Below are positions 37,869 through 50,415 of a DNA stretch of 64,000 bases, piece after piece (position 1 is the stretch's first letter; every line of letters begins with the position of its first letter). The stretch is from Patellaria atrata CBS 101060 (taxonomy: Eukaryota). The notes under the pieces are model-generated. The model ran no database searches and was not told the DNA's origin. It was given only the letters and a program-made list of their open reading frames with translations. Made by a program: the position numbers and the translations under genes. The stretch spans positions 718,745 to 782,744 of the forward strand of contig MU006100.1 of NCBI GenBank assembly GCA_010093705.1. Direction: 5' to 3'.

Positions 37869-38663
37869 ATGTCGGAATCTGTAGCTCCATATCAACCACC
37901 ACGAGCCTCATTGCTTGGTCTTCCACCGGAACTTCGCAATCAGATATATAACTACGCACTTTTCCAAGATATTTGGACCTACGATCCCAATGATTTCCGG
38001 TTAGAAGCACCATTGAGACGTGCATCTCTCGACCTTCGGATCCTGCTTACCTGTAGACAAATATACCAAGAGCTTCGCCTCCTCGCTTTCACGCTCGTAA
38101 GATTCAACACAAGAAAACTACCCTTGACCGAGCTTCAGCCCGCTCTTTCGAACCTATCCCAAGATCAGATCGCCTCCATCCGCTCGCTATGGCTGGATGT
38201 GGGATTCAGATACTTCATGTTTTACGATGGTGCTGGTCGCGGTATTCAGCTCGAATCGCTCGGGCTCAGCATCTCTCACCTCCTCATCGACCTCTCGGAT
38301 GAGACATTCCTGGCAGTATACCAGTTGAAGGCTTTTCAGAGGGTTCGAAACAAGTTCGTACACATACTTTGGGAGACAGTGAGACATAATAGAAGTCTGA
38401 AGGAGATTAGCATAGTACAACATGGGAGGTTGGATGAGCTTATCGACTCTGAGGTCACCAAGCAACTGTTTCAAACACTGGAGATCCTGATGACCCAACG
38501 GTCCTCTGGGTCATCAGGTTACACTTCGCTTGTTCACTTACCTCAATTCTTTCGTTTGAGAGAGTGCGAGGCAGGCGGAGAAGAGCGAATAGTAGACATT
38601 AACTTCGTCAGATTCCAGCAGCCAATCTCAAACCCGTATAAAGATTTCCCATATCGAAGATGA
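37869..38663 (+). CDS. F-box-like domain protein
   Basis: SLLGLPPELRNQIYNYAL and ILLTCRQIYQE, a common fungal F-box-like signature; 264 aa ORF. Confidence 0.75.
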   Translation: MSESVAPYQPPRASLLGLPPELRNQIYNYALFQDIWTYDPNDFRLEAPLRRASLDLRILLTCRQIYQELRLLAFTLVRFNTRKLPLTELQPALSNLSQDQIASIRSLWLDVGFRYFMFYDGAGRGIQLESLGLSISHLLIDLSDETFLAVYQLKAFQRVRNKFVHILWETVRHNRSLKEISIVQHGRLDELIDSEVTKQLFQTLEILMTQRSSGSSGYTSLVHLPQFFRLRECEAGGEERIVDINFVRFQQPISNPYKDFPYRR

Positions 38664-39071
38664 CGTAATTTCTGCGGCGAGACGATCATATGATGGTAGG
38701 GTTATTCATACGACCTGGTTCATCTCACTTTGCGAGATGACAGCCGAGTGACACTGCTCTTTTAAACGTATTTTTAGTGAGTTGATATGGTCGAGTTCGC
38801 AAGACTGTTTCGACTAATATGATCAGTTATAAACTTTGGACGAAAGGCAACAAATATGGTCATTACTTGATAAACGGGCCGTAAAGCTGCAATTGTAGTT
38901 CTGTCGGCTGGTGAACAATAATGCATTTGGTTGTACTATACAATCTTTTTTTGATCCAGAATTATGTAATTTCCGTGCCCCTTTGATCTCAACCGCGATG
39001 TAATACTGCACAGTTCAACCAATATTTTTCCCTACCTCTTTCGTTGTTCGAGAGCGCGCGTTTGTGAAGTG

Positions 39072-39611
39072 TTAGATCAACTCCTTCTCCTCATTCACAA
39101 CAACCTTCAGTCTCGCTCTCATCCCACCCGTAGCTACATGGCCCAGCGTGCCAACTACACTCCCCAATCCCGCAGCACTCCACAGCAACCCTCCTCGCCC
39201 CACTCTTGCGGGTACCATTATGACTCCTCTCCTCGCCGCGGCAACGGCGCCCATAGCCCCCAGCACACTCCCCCCAAGGACCCACCAATCCGCCCTGCTC
39301 TGGCTCCTACTCTCTTGCAATCTCCAACTGCGATCCTGCCACTCGATCTTTTCGCGTCCCCACATCCTTCCTACAACCATGACGGCGGAGACGGAGAGGC
39401 CGGCGATGGCGCCATAGCGCGAGTGGATCAGAAGGCGTGAGAAGTATGTCGGGAGGCTGCGAGGTGGCCGAATGAGTGTGATGGCGGATGCGCTGGCGAG
39501 GGAGATGAAGGAGCCCATGGCCAGACCGGAACGCAGAACATGGAGGGTTAGAATTGTGCGGGCGTAGGGTTGGTCTTCGGCATGGCTGGTGTGGGGAAAG
39601 AGGTCGTTCAT
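39072..39611 (-). CDS. Small fungal membrane protein of unknown function
   Basis: 179 aa ORF with 3-4 hydrophobic Gly/Ala-rich segments and the motifs FPHTSHAEDQPYARTIL and RMWGREKIEWQDRSWRL. Confidence 0.7.
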   Translation of the reverse strand: MNDLFPHTSHAEDQPYARTILTLHVLRSGLAMGSFISLASASAITLIRPPRSLPTYFSRLLIHSRYGAIAGLSVSAVMVVGRMWGREKIEWQDRSWRLQESRSQSRADWWVLGGSVLGAMGAVAAARRGVIMVPARVGRGGLLWSAAGLGSVVGTLGHVATGGMRARLKVVVNEEKELI

Positions 39612-40119
39612 TTTGATACAAACGATGAATTATTATATGGTGATGTTGAGGGGTGCGATATAGCTGAGAGGATATGGGACGGCTGTTCTGTTTCTTGGTA
39701 GGTTTCCGAGATATATGAGGTTGTCAGTAAATCATCTGGGGCATATGGACCATTTAAGTAAGCATTCGTAGAGTTTTAGCAGCGATATACTGAATACTCG
39801 TCACCGTATAGAGCATAGGGTTTGTATGGCCGTTAGTTCCAGCGTTTAATCTTTTCTACATCTTCGAGCGGCTTAAAAATCTATTAGAAACCTGCAAGGT
39901 CATGGCGAATGTCAATGATTGGAAGAAGATTCCAGGAGCCGCGTAGTCAGTTCTTAGTTCTCACAGTTCTCACGAGTTCTATTCCTCGTCTGTAAGCTGA
40001 TGCTCGGGCGGGAATGATGAGACCGACAATTGCTGATTAATGTTCGATTATGACTGGCTAGAATTACATATGAACATCCTCCTTCGCGCGTTTCTCCCTT
40101 TTTGGTTTAACGTTTCCCT

Positions 40120-40197
40120 CCCTTTTCGGTTTAGTGCATTTCCTACAGTACATTCAGCTTAAGGTAGTGCATTAACCCCTTTTCGGTTTAGTGCATT
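40120..40197. repeat. 21-bp exact direct repeat CCCTTTTCGGTTTAGTGCATT, two copies, with a degenerate copy just upstream
   Basis: Copies at 40120-40140 and 40177-40197; related CCCTTTTTGGTTTA at about 40096-40109. Confidence 0.8.
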
Positions 40198-40760
40198 ATT
40201 TCCTCTTGAGATATCATCTCTTTCTCCAGCACTGGAATTGTAACCATACATCTTCGTTTCCTCTGTTTCACTTTTGTTTTCAGGATACTGAGGACACACG
40301 ATTATGATAACATTTCTGATTTGGGAGTCCTCGCATCCTGTATAGTTACGGACCCCTACTTCAAACCCTCTCTGTACTCTGTTGTACAGAAAAGAGAACT
40401 CCTCAGCTAATTGAGCTTGGCTAATATTGCGAGGTATCAATGTTCCAGGAGTTGTTGGATAAGTGTACTGGTTTGAGGAATACTGACTATAACGAAAGTT
40501 ACCTCCACTACTGTACAGGACGATAAAGAGCCGTGCTGCTAAGCCCTCGCTCAAGCTCTGATATTCACTGAGTACCCCGAATACCTCTTATTGAGTAATT
40601 TGATCTCTGTATAAGTATACATTTGTTCGCTGTTCCTATTCCATCACCATTTCTCCTCTTACAGGGGTGTGATTAGTTCATCCCATATTACACTTGACAT
40701 ATTCCGTTCCGCTTGCCTTTTGCTCAGGCGCACCACAGACGGAAGACCTCCAACAGTCCC

Positions 40761-42776
40761 CTATACTTCATGCGGATGACGAGCTTTGATTATATCCGCA
40801 GCCTGTACTTCAGTGTCAGTCTCGAGGTTTTCATATAATAACTCCATAAGGTCTCTCGATCACTGGGATTACATACCTTCTCAGCAACAGCATATACGGT
40901 AGTGCAAGTATGCGTCCCGGGTATCAACGGCATCATACTCCCATCCACAACACTAAGTTTTTGCACTCCATACACCAACAAGTCTTCACCGACTACGCCT
41001 CCCAATTCCCTGGGCAGCATCGCCGCTGTACCTACCGGATGATACAATGTAGGACTATACGACGCAATCACTGCCTCCTCAAACTCCTCGTCAGTTTGGA
41101 CTCTCGTACCCGGGGCCACCTCCACAGGGCCCAGCTGTTTTATCATCTCCGTATTGAAATACCTCCTCGTGAGTTTCAACATCTCAGCGACGATCACCAC
41201 ATCCAGTGGGTTTGTCAGGGCTCGATAATCGACAATCGGTTTGCCGTACGGGTCGCTGGGGTCAATATTAACGGTACCGCGACTGAATGGCTTGAGATTG
41301 ACGAGTGAACCGTTCGGGCTACCGTTGCAAAGCATTTCGAAGACCGCAGAGACATTCGAACGCATTTGCCCAGCTAGCGCGTTGAGCTGGGCCTTGTAGC
41401 CTGCGACCACAGTCGGATGCGTGCCCTCTGGAAGGTATGCCGCCGCGTCTTGCGCTTCGAGCTCTGCAGCGATAGATTCGTATCTATCGGGAGACATCAC
41501 AGGTAGGCCCAAGAAAGCACCACAGACAGTCACGCCGAGGGAGTAAGGGCCAGTTTTGTCCTTCTCCCACGCTGCTTCTGCTTCTGCGATGAAGGTCGCG
41601 TTCACCGTTAGATCTGTCGGGTTCGGCGATACATTATCGTCGAACCGCCATGTGTAGCCCATACCACCGTGATCTTGGAAGTTTTGGCCTACGCCGGGAA
41701 GATCTACAAGGACGGGTATGTCTGCTGATTCCAGGAGAGATTTTGGACCAACTCCACTGAGTTGGAGGACCTGAGGGGTATGAATTGCTCCGGCGGCAAT
41801 AATGATTTCCTTCCTAGCCTTCACTGTTGATTTCACTATTCCATCAGCATCTCTTTCCGCTATGTCCACGCTTCCAGCAACGCTGCCTTCAAAGTTAACC
41901 CTGACGGCCTTATGTGCGGAGAGTAAGTCGTAATTCTCCCGTCGCAAGTTTTCGTAGTGACCATAACGAGCGTATGATCTAGTCACCGTAACGGGATCCA
42001 CGGAAGAAGGGAACCACATGACGCCCACCTCCCCAGCGGCACCCTCTTTCGGGAAGGTAACCCCTGGTATCTCTGCCCAAGCATCCCTCATGATCTTGAT
42101 TCCCGGCCACAAGAAAGTTGGATGAGAGACGTAAACAGGCGTGGTTCCACCATACGCAGCTTCAATATCCCACGTCATATTGAACTCTGTCGCGATTTCC
42201 GGCTCGGGTGGCACAAAAGTAACGCTCTTCTTGAAGTACGGTAGCAGGCCCTTCCAGTCCCACGTCGAGTCTGGGGAGTTGAGTACCCTCCATTGATCAT
42301 AGTCCTCCGCGGAGCCTCGATCAAAAATCATACCGTTGAGCGCAGAGCTACCACCGACGACAGCACCAACTGTTACTGACGTCGTCCTGTTTCGTAGATT
42401 TACCTGCGGGACAGAGGTGATGTTCCATTGGCGCATCCGAGCCGTAGGGCCTCTGATAGAGTTTGCGCCTCCTCTTACCAAGAGCACGTCAGGAGAGTCG
42501 TCGAAGTACCCATACTCGATCACCAGGACAGTTGTACCTGCAGAAGTTGAGCAATCAGTGGGCAGTACGTGTTTGGGTGTTTGGTCTTTGCTACGCACTG
42601 GGATCCTCAGTCAAACGGTCCGCAACGGTCAAACCTGCAGTCCCACCTCCGATAACCACATAATCATATTCCTCCTTCACCTGCGCCGCTCTCTCGAGCA
42701 AAGTTGCAGTCTCAATCGGGCGTGCAACAACTGAAGAAACAAAAAGCGTGGCTAGAGCCGTGCTGAAAGGACGCAT
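40761..42776 (-). CDS. Secreted GMC oxidoreductase (AA3 family)
   Basis: Signal peptide MRPFSTALATLFVSSVVA, FAD motif YDYVVIGGGTAGLTVADRLTE, GGSSALNGM, PGVGQNFQDH, YHPVGTAAM and TVYAVAEK/AADIIK; two introns. Confidence 0.93.
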
Positions 42777-43983
42777 CTTGATCGATTGTTAAAAGAGAGT
42801 CCCAGACCGACCCTGATTCCCGGTTCGCACATGTTTCAACTAGGCCTGGGGACTGATCGAATATAAGATCTGTCGTACCTCTATCAGATAAAGTGGTCAC
42901 ATCCCTTCAGCCCTGTAGCCCGAAATGGAAAAACACGTGAGTAATCAATTGGAAGCACATAGTCCGTAAAAGATGGTACAATCCTCTCTTTTCGTGCATC
43001 TGCCGCATGTCTAGATTCACGGCGTGGAAAAGCGGAGATGCAAGGGGTACATATTTCTACGTCTTGTCACCGGTATGACCGATTGACTGTTGTGGCTATT
43101 ATAGTCAATTATCCCTACCATCGCTGTAGCGATTGCGGGGAAGCGAATGAGGATCTTCGACCAGGGCTGTGAAGAATTGTCGAATGCTTGAAAGTGCGTG
43201 CCAAGGGGTGGTAGGTAGCTTGGAGAGCATTATAGCCGGCTTGTCTGGGAGAATCCGTTATAGCGGATATGGAAGAAAGTGTTTCAGGATAAAACATTAC
43301 TATAATTCAATTTGTATTGAAAAATTACTCGACTTCGTATCATCAAGACGATTTAAAAGGGGGGTTTGGAAAAGACCTGAGGATTCTCAAGAAGTTGAAT
43401 AAAAAAGGAGCGGATGCATTCAAGCTCTAGGTAGGCACGTATGTAAGTAACCTCTCAAAGTATCAAATATCGCCTGTTCATCTCATTTTGCCTGTCCGTA
43501 ATTTAAATATTTTCTTCCCCTGTCATGGTTTAGTACTCCCGTTTGTTATGCAGTTGCCATATCTCAGCCAAAACTCTTCTAGAGTTACTCTAAGACATAT
43601 AAGGTGTACTCATCCGTAAAGTACGCCTGGAATCCTTCGTACAGTCTGATCGCCCAACTATAATGCAGTCAGGCTATTGGAAGGCCCACTGTACTGTACA
43701 GTAGCTTTGGTGTGAAATGACACATTAGGGAACCACAGAAGACGAAAATTTCCATTGCGGTACATGATGCTGCACAAGAGACCCAAGCACAGGTTTTCTC
43801 CCGTAGAGATAATTTCTGCCCATTCCCGTCAACGAATTAAAACTAGTTAATCAACTGGACTATGGATCGTCCCAGAGAAAGGGAAGTTCTGAATCCCTCA
43901 ATCTGCTTGTCAGAACGTAGAACTGAAATTCAATGTTTCGCCGCTCTAGCATTATAGCGACCTTGCGGAGCGTAGTCCGAAGT

Positions 43984-44578
43984 TCACGTACGCATATTAC
44001 AACCATGTCCCACATGGTAGTTATATTCTATCCTCCTAGGTCGTGTTGTCTCCGTCATCAGAACCATACTCTTTTCGAGGGATTTCCATGATGGGTCTAG
44101 ATATGTCTCCCAGGACGTTACTCGAAGTGTATCAAGCTGTGGTGCAGCATCTCCCTCAATCGATAGAAAATCAGCCCGCGGTGAGGATATGCTTACTTCC
44201 AACTTTCGAAGTTTCTTGAACTCTTTAAAGCCCTTGCAGTACTCGCGAATAAAGTAGCCAGTTGGTCCTTTAAAATTCTCACAGATATGCGGCAGGTATT
44301 GTAGCGAATCGCAATGTTGATATAGAGCCTCCATGAATGGGGATACGAGGTCTGATAAGAGTAAATTGTTGTAGGTCACTGCTTCCTGGATGATCAGGCG
44401 TTCTAATGCTCTCGGAGCAGATAAGATAATACCTAGAGCATTCGCATACGTGGAGCATTCGATCAGAATGATCTCTTTCAAGGGCAAAAAGCGGGGATAG
44501 AAAGTGAGAAACTGGAGAGCTCAATGTATGATCGCACATGATATGGTCAGAGAGGTCAACATTGGTTGAACAAGACAA
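43984..44578 (-). pseudogene. Possible degenerate F-box/LRR-type gene remnant
   Basis: LRR-like text (LKEIILIEC..ILSAPRALERLII..LYQHCDSLQYL..FKKLRKLEV) split across two frames with no clear start. Confidence 0.35.
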
Positions 44579-45421
44579 ATTGAAAAGTCGTTAAAATTGT
44601 AGAAGGGTGGTATACCACTATTCACGTGAAGCGTAACTATGCAATATCAGTGACACAGTTCTTTTTGTCCCTTCCCAATTGATAGCATTCAGCGTCTACC
44701 GTCCTGTCTCACCCGAAGTAATTTTTCGCTCTTACTGCCTAGGAACGTCAAGAATGTACGAGATTTTACCGGTAATACGTAGGAATTGGCCGTATGAACA
44801 ATGCAGATCTCCAACTAATTTGTCTTTTTTTTTTTTTAAAAAAAAAAAACACTGCTAGCAGTTGTTTGGTAAGCTTATAGAGGTCAAGGGAACTGACGAT
44901 GGTAGGAAAAATGGAAATCCTTCCATTCATTGACTGCGTTGAGTACTCCCAGGCTGCTATAGGTTCCTTTGTACAGTATGCAAAGTTGCATAGTGCCAGA
45001 CACTTCTGTCTCGCGAGGTCCTGTGGGCTTATAAAACATACGTAGGCAGGCGTTCTCTTGGAAGGTACAGTAAGGGAGGGGCATTGACAGCAGGGAAACA
45101 GGTAATAAAGGAAAGGTAGATATACTTACTGCTTTTCAACGCTTGTAGAGGGCTTTTCCTTTGTACATCCACCTCATGCCGAGACGGTAGGATAGTAATA
45201 ACTCGTCGGATGGATCTAAGAGATCAGGCATATCTTAGTTCTACTGAAAGAATAGAAGGATACTGCATGAAGGTTTTATGCTGCCGTGAGGTTAAAAGGT
45301 AGAAGTAAGGTACTCCATACGAGTAAGGTAACCTAGGTAAGGTAAGGGCGGGTAAAGTAACTTAAGGTACTTCGTATCTTATTTATTACTTTCCAGATGC
45401 TTATATAAGCGTAGGTTTGTG

Positions 45422-45514
45422 CCTCGGCTTAAGTTGTTTCTTCCATGTATGCGGCTTGGAAGTTTGGGATATCCCTCCACTATACTCTTTAACATCGTTT
45501 CCCGAGCACCGAGG
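45422..45514. promoter_or_regulatory. Two CCTCGG/CCGAGG FarA/FarB (CTF1)-type fatty-acid response sites
   Basis: CCTCGG at 45422-45427 and CCGAGG at 45509-45514, 130-220 bp upstream of the carnitine acetyltransferase ATG. Confidence 0.55.
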
Positions 45515-45645
45515 TCTTTCTAAGGTAGCTTACAGTACGAATAGTAGTTCTACTACAAACTAGAACTACTTAACTATTTACTGCAGCTCTGCTAGCTATA
45601 ACTATATCCCCCCCCCGAACCATCATCTCTTTCACGAGCTCCGGC

Positions 45646-47786
45646 ATGTTCAATGCAGTAGCTCGGTCTCGTGTACCTTCATCGCTCTTTCGACAGAGTT
45701 CAGCTCGACCTACAGGAACTAAAGTAAACCTCTCTGATCCAAAGCAGAATTTACCTCTTTTACTAACAAGATAGCTTCAGTTATTCGCAATGGCTCCAAG
45801 ACAGGCGCGAAAGAGCTCTGGTCTCCCAGAAGGTACGTCCGCTCGACCGAATAGCTACTACATTCATTCCCTAAAGCACGAATATCCCAAAATCTGACAC
45901 TTCGAAATGACAGGGTATAGAGAGGACATGAGTAAAGGCAAAATGTTGCGGTTCGAGGACAGCCTACCTAGATTACCGGTGCCGACCCTGGAAGAAACCA
46001 CTAAACGTTACCTCAAATCTGTCCACGCTGTTGCCAGTCCCTCAGAATACGAAAATACGAAAAATGCGGTTCAGGAATTCGTGGCTCCTGGGGGCCCTGG
46101 CGAACTACTTCAGAAACGATTGGTAGCACGACGTGAGGATCCAAAACACAGAAACTGGATTATTGACTGGTGGAACGACGCGGCATATCTTGCTTATCGA
46201 GACCCAGTTATTCCATATGTTAGTTACTTCTATTCCCATAGAGATGATAGGAAGAGACGGAATCCGGCCAAACGCGCGGCTGCCATAACCACCGCCGTAT
46301 TGGACTTCAAAAACCAGGTTGACGAGAAATCCCTTGAACCGGAATACATGAAGAAGCTACCGATTTCCATGTCCAGTTATGAGTACATGTTCAATTGCTG
46401 TCGATTGCCTGCAAAACCTTCAGATTACCCGAAAAAATATGACTACAAGGAGCATCCTTATATCATCGCAATACGCAACAATCAATTCTTCAAGGTCTTT
46501 CACGAGGTAGATGGAAAGCAGTTGAACACATCAGAGCTGGAACAACAATTCAAGCGCATCTATGAGAAAGCTGAAAGGAGTCCACCGATTGGAATCCTGA
46601 CTTCGCAAAATAGGGACGCATGGACAGAGGCCCGCGATCGTCTCATCGCAAGTAATACAGCGAATAAAGCATCACTTGAAGCCATCGAAGCTTCCTCGTT
46701 CGTCGTCTGTCTGGACGACGCATCACCCGTAACCTTAGAGGAACGCGCACGACAGTACTGGCACGGTGACGGTAGCAACCGCTGGTTTGACAAACCGCTT
46801 CAATTCATTATCAACAACAACGGCACTTCCGGCTTCATGGGGGAGCACAGCATGATGGATGGCACGCCTACACACCGCCTCAATGACTACGCCAACCAAC
46901 TCATTTTCACCAACGCCCTTGACTTTGATAACCCCTCGGTACGCTCTCACCTCCCAGAACCGCAGGCCCTACGTTTCATCCTCAACGAGGAGAACAAGCA
47001 GGACCTTAAAACTGCACAGGAGCACTTTGACGGGCAAATCGGCTCACACGACCTTAGAGTCCAAGCTTACCAGGGTTACGGCAAGGGCCTTATCAAAAAG
47101 TTCAAGTGCTCTCCGGATGCTTATGTTCAGATGATCATCCAACTCGCATATCACAAGTTTTACGGCAAGAACCGCCCCACCTATGAATCCGCCGCTACTC
47201 GCCGCTTTCAGCAAGGTAGAACCGAGACCTGCCGCTCCGTCAGCGACGAGAGTGTCGCCTTTTGCAACGCCATGGCTGATCCATCAATACCAGCCGACAA
47301 ATGCGCACAGCTGTTCAGAGAAGCGCTGAAGGCGCATGTGCAGTATATCACCGATGCTTCGGACGGCAGGGGCGTAGATAGACATCTGTTCGGTCTCAAG
47401 AAGTTGATTAAGGAAGGCGAAGATGTCCCGGGTCTGTTCAAGGATCCGGCATACAGTTACAGCTCGACTTGGTATATTTCTAGTAGTCAGTTGAGCTCGG
47501 AGTATTTTAATGGATATGGTTGGAGCCAGGTCGTGGATGACGGGTGGGGGTGAGTAAACTTCGTTCCTTCAAATCTGAGAGACTGGATTTCGTTTGTTGC
47601 AAAGAGACTTTTTGCTAACAATTACATGATAGGATCGCGTATATGATCAATGAGAATAGCATCCAGTTCAATATCGTCTCGAAACATTTAGGAAACGATA
47701 GGATGAGTCATTATCTTAATGAGGCCGCGGGCGATATCAGAGAGATCATGTTGCCGTCGCTGGAAGCACCGAAGGCGAAACTATAG
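45646..47786 (+). CDS. CAT2: Carnitine O-acetyltransferase, mitochondrial/peroxisomal (CAT2/AcuJ type)
   Basis: SLPRLPVPTLEET, NRWFDKPLQF, catalytic GEHSMMDG, PTYESAATRRFQQGRTET and GRGVDRHLFGL; Arg/Ser-rich N-terminal presequence; C-terminal PKAKL*; three introns. Confidence 0.95.
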
Positions 47787-48246
47787 GAGGCCAGCGCTGG
47801 TTAATTACGGACTGGAAAAGGGAAGTCGGTTCAGGATGCGATGTTCGGGGTTCTTTTGGATGGGAGGTATTCAAGATTCGTTATTCTCCCTATGAAAGCG
47901 GATAGCCTGCATTGAGTGCTGTTCCCGCGTCTTGATGAATTAGATGAGTTGACAAACTGTACAAAATAGTAGGCAGTTGAAAGCGTACATTCAGCAATGA
48001 ACTGATGCAAACCAGATAACCGACCGTAAACTTGGAGGTGACATTCTTTTAACCACTTTTGGAAACTGGTAGTGGTGGTTAGGTTCACTTACACATTTAT
48101 TTCAATTGCCATCAGTAACATGAGGAAACTGGGTATATTGCGTATCTTTAATGAATCAAATGAGCGCTATCCTCCAGACTTTACAGACCCTTATGTTAGG
48201 CTCGTGTATATGCTGTACACGGCTTTTCCTTTTTGGCCAAAGGTAC

Positions 48247-49638
48247 TCAAAAGCTGTCATCGAGCTCATGGTTCCGTCGAACAACACTTGGACTATCCTC
48301 TTCAATTTCATCTGTGATATCCGCTCCAGCCGTCAATAGCAGGTCTTCCACAATTCTTTTCGACGCTTCTCTTGCTACTTCATGTTTAGCCGCACCCTAC
48401 AAGAAGTCACATAAAATGGAGGTTCCACTTACCAGGCGTCTGTAACAACCGGCTCTGGGGCACGTGAAACTGCATCGTCTTCGGTGGACTGACCTCGAAT
48501 TCGTCCAGGTCATCCTCGTCACTATCCCAAACTCCGCCCACAGAGATTCTTCCGCCCAAGCCTATTCCCGTGCCCGGAGCCTGACGACCCGTCCCACCAG
48601 TCCTCAATACACTACCCAGCACCTTCGCGCCACTTTTTCGCCGCGGTGTCAGAACGCTGACTCCTGGTGTCCGCGGTGCCTTGAGCGGGCTCGAAAAGAT
48701 ATCCGCCCTTAGCTGTGGCGCAGCGATCTCTGGACTCGATAATGGACTTAGGTCCGCATTGAACCTCAGCGTCCTCCTCGAAGCCGTACCGGGTGTTTCC
48801 GTCTTGTTCTTGAACAAAGCCTGTTTCCGCTGGTGCGTATGTGGGGTCGCGGCAATGCGATAGTTCTTATCGAGGACGCGGTGGAAAAGGGGGTCTTGAG
48901 GTTTGTTTGCGGAGGGAAAATTTGAGGGCGCGAAGGGCGAGGACTGCGGGGTCATCGACATGTCGGGGAGTGCAGTAGATTTACCTGGTGTGCGCGGATC
49001 CGCTGCCACAGACGGGGAGGAGCCTTCGACTTCGGCTTTTAGGCTTTCGTAGGGAGAAGTGTAGTGTGTGAACTCCGCTTGTCGTTTCACCGCCGTAGAA
49101 GGATGACGGGGTGTGCTGTGTGCATGATCCAAAGATGGAGACTCTAAGATAGAAGTATCCTCCCCTTCGTCCCCGGGATCGAACCGCGAGGAGGATTTGT
49201 TCGGCGTGGCTGTAACCGTTTCTTCTCCATTCACTGTCTCCGCGGTCAAAGTCTCGTACTCGGATTCAGCAGCTGTAGTGTCTTCTTGCACCCCCGAGTC
49301 TTCGAGTACAGCTTCCTCGTAACCTGACAAAGAGACATTGGCGGAGGCTTCAAAGAACTGTTTCCAGAACTTGGAGCCCTCCCAGACAGCTTCGGAATGC
49401 TTTGCGTATTGTTCGACGATGGGAAGGATGCTGCTGGTAACTATACGATGCGCGCGACTGAAGTTATGGTCGATCTCTTGAGAGAAGAAGCGCGTCAGAA
49501 TCGGTTTAGTAGTACGGAAGAGTTGCATGGACTAAAGGGAGTGGTACCTTGGAGTGTGAGGGTGATTGATTGCTCTAGTTTCTCCAATTCTTCGGTTAGG
49601 GTCAGGTTTCGAGGGGGTGCCATGCTCGCACGAGACAT
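48247..49638 (-). CDS. ASK1: DASH/Dam1 complex subunit Ask1
   Basis: RNLTLTEELEKLEQSITLTLQ/EIDHNFSRAHRIVTSSILP..SKFWKQFFEASANVSLSGYEE; C-terminal SPPKTMQFHVPQSRLLQTP/AREASKRIVEDLLLTAG; two introns. Confidence 0.93.
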
Positions 49639-50415
49639 ACTTGCGATTGGGATGCGAAAATTGAAATCAATTGGGATTGTCTAAGTTGTTGTATGTGTGA
49701 AATATCTTGTATTGTCTCTCCTTGCGATTTTGTGTTTGCACTGTTTGGCAACTAAGTGCCAAGTGCCCTTTATTTTATACAGGGAACGCAGATAGGTAGA
49801 ACTACCTCAGGTAACTTAACGCTTGGAAATTCCTGGAAGTTCTGCACGAAAGATTTCTCAAACATCGAGTGATGTAAAAGTCCAATGCGGCAGTTTTCCA
49901 AGTAGGACTTGATGGCAATCTCCTATCATGCTTGGAACTATAAGTAACATTCTAGGTCCTCTTCTTAACAAGACTACTGAAAAAGTATCCAGTGATCAGA
50001 TCTGAGGACGGACTAATTATGGGTTCAAGAACACATTTATTAGATATCAGACGGCGAAATATAAAGTAAAAGTATTCCGTATAGGTTGGGACAGCTAGTA
50101 GGTAATAATGCATATACCCCACGGTTTCCGTCTCCCCTTGATTCAAAACAGACCTTTACCAGCTTCACTTTAAGAGCCACGACGTAAACCAAGCTCATCG
50201 GGAAGTCCTACCCTTGAATCATTATATCTATGATCTTTCTTCCACTTTCCCTCCTCTCCTTACTTCACCTGTAGTTCTCTTTCGTGGCTCTGCGATCTGC
50301 GAGCAGAAAAAGCTTGAAGAGTTCAGCCTCGTCCCCAAGCCATTGATTTCTGACCAGCTAACCATCAAAAGCTTTCTTTCTTTCTTAGTTTTACACCTAA
50401 GTGTCTCTAGTAATC

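Noticed and set aside
40159..40554. 131 aa minus-strand ORF
   Set aside because: Non-ATG start, overlaps a local repeat and shows no recognisable domain.
44825..44849. T13-A12 self-complementary tract
   Set aside because: Simple homopolymer junction with no target-site duplication or element ends.
45296..45370. Repeated GTAAGG(T) words upstream of CAT2
   Set aside because: Low-complexity and irregularly spaced; no supportable function.
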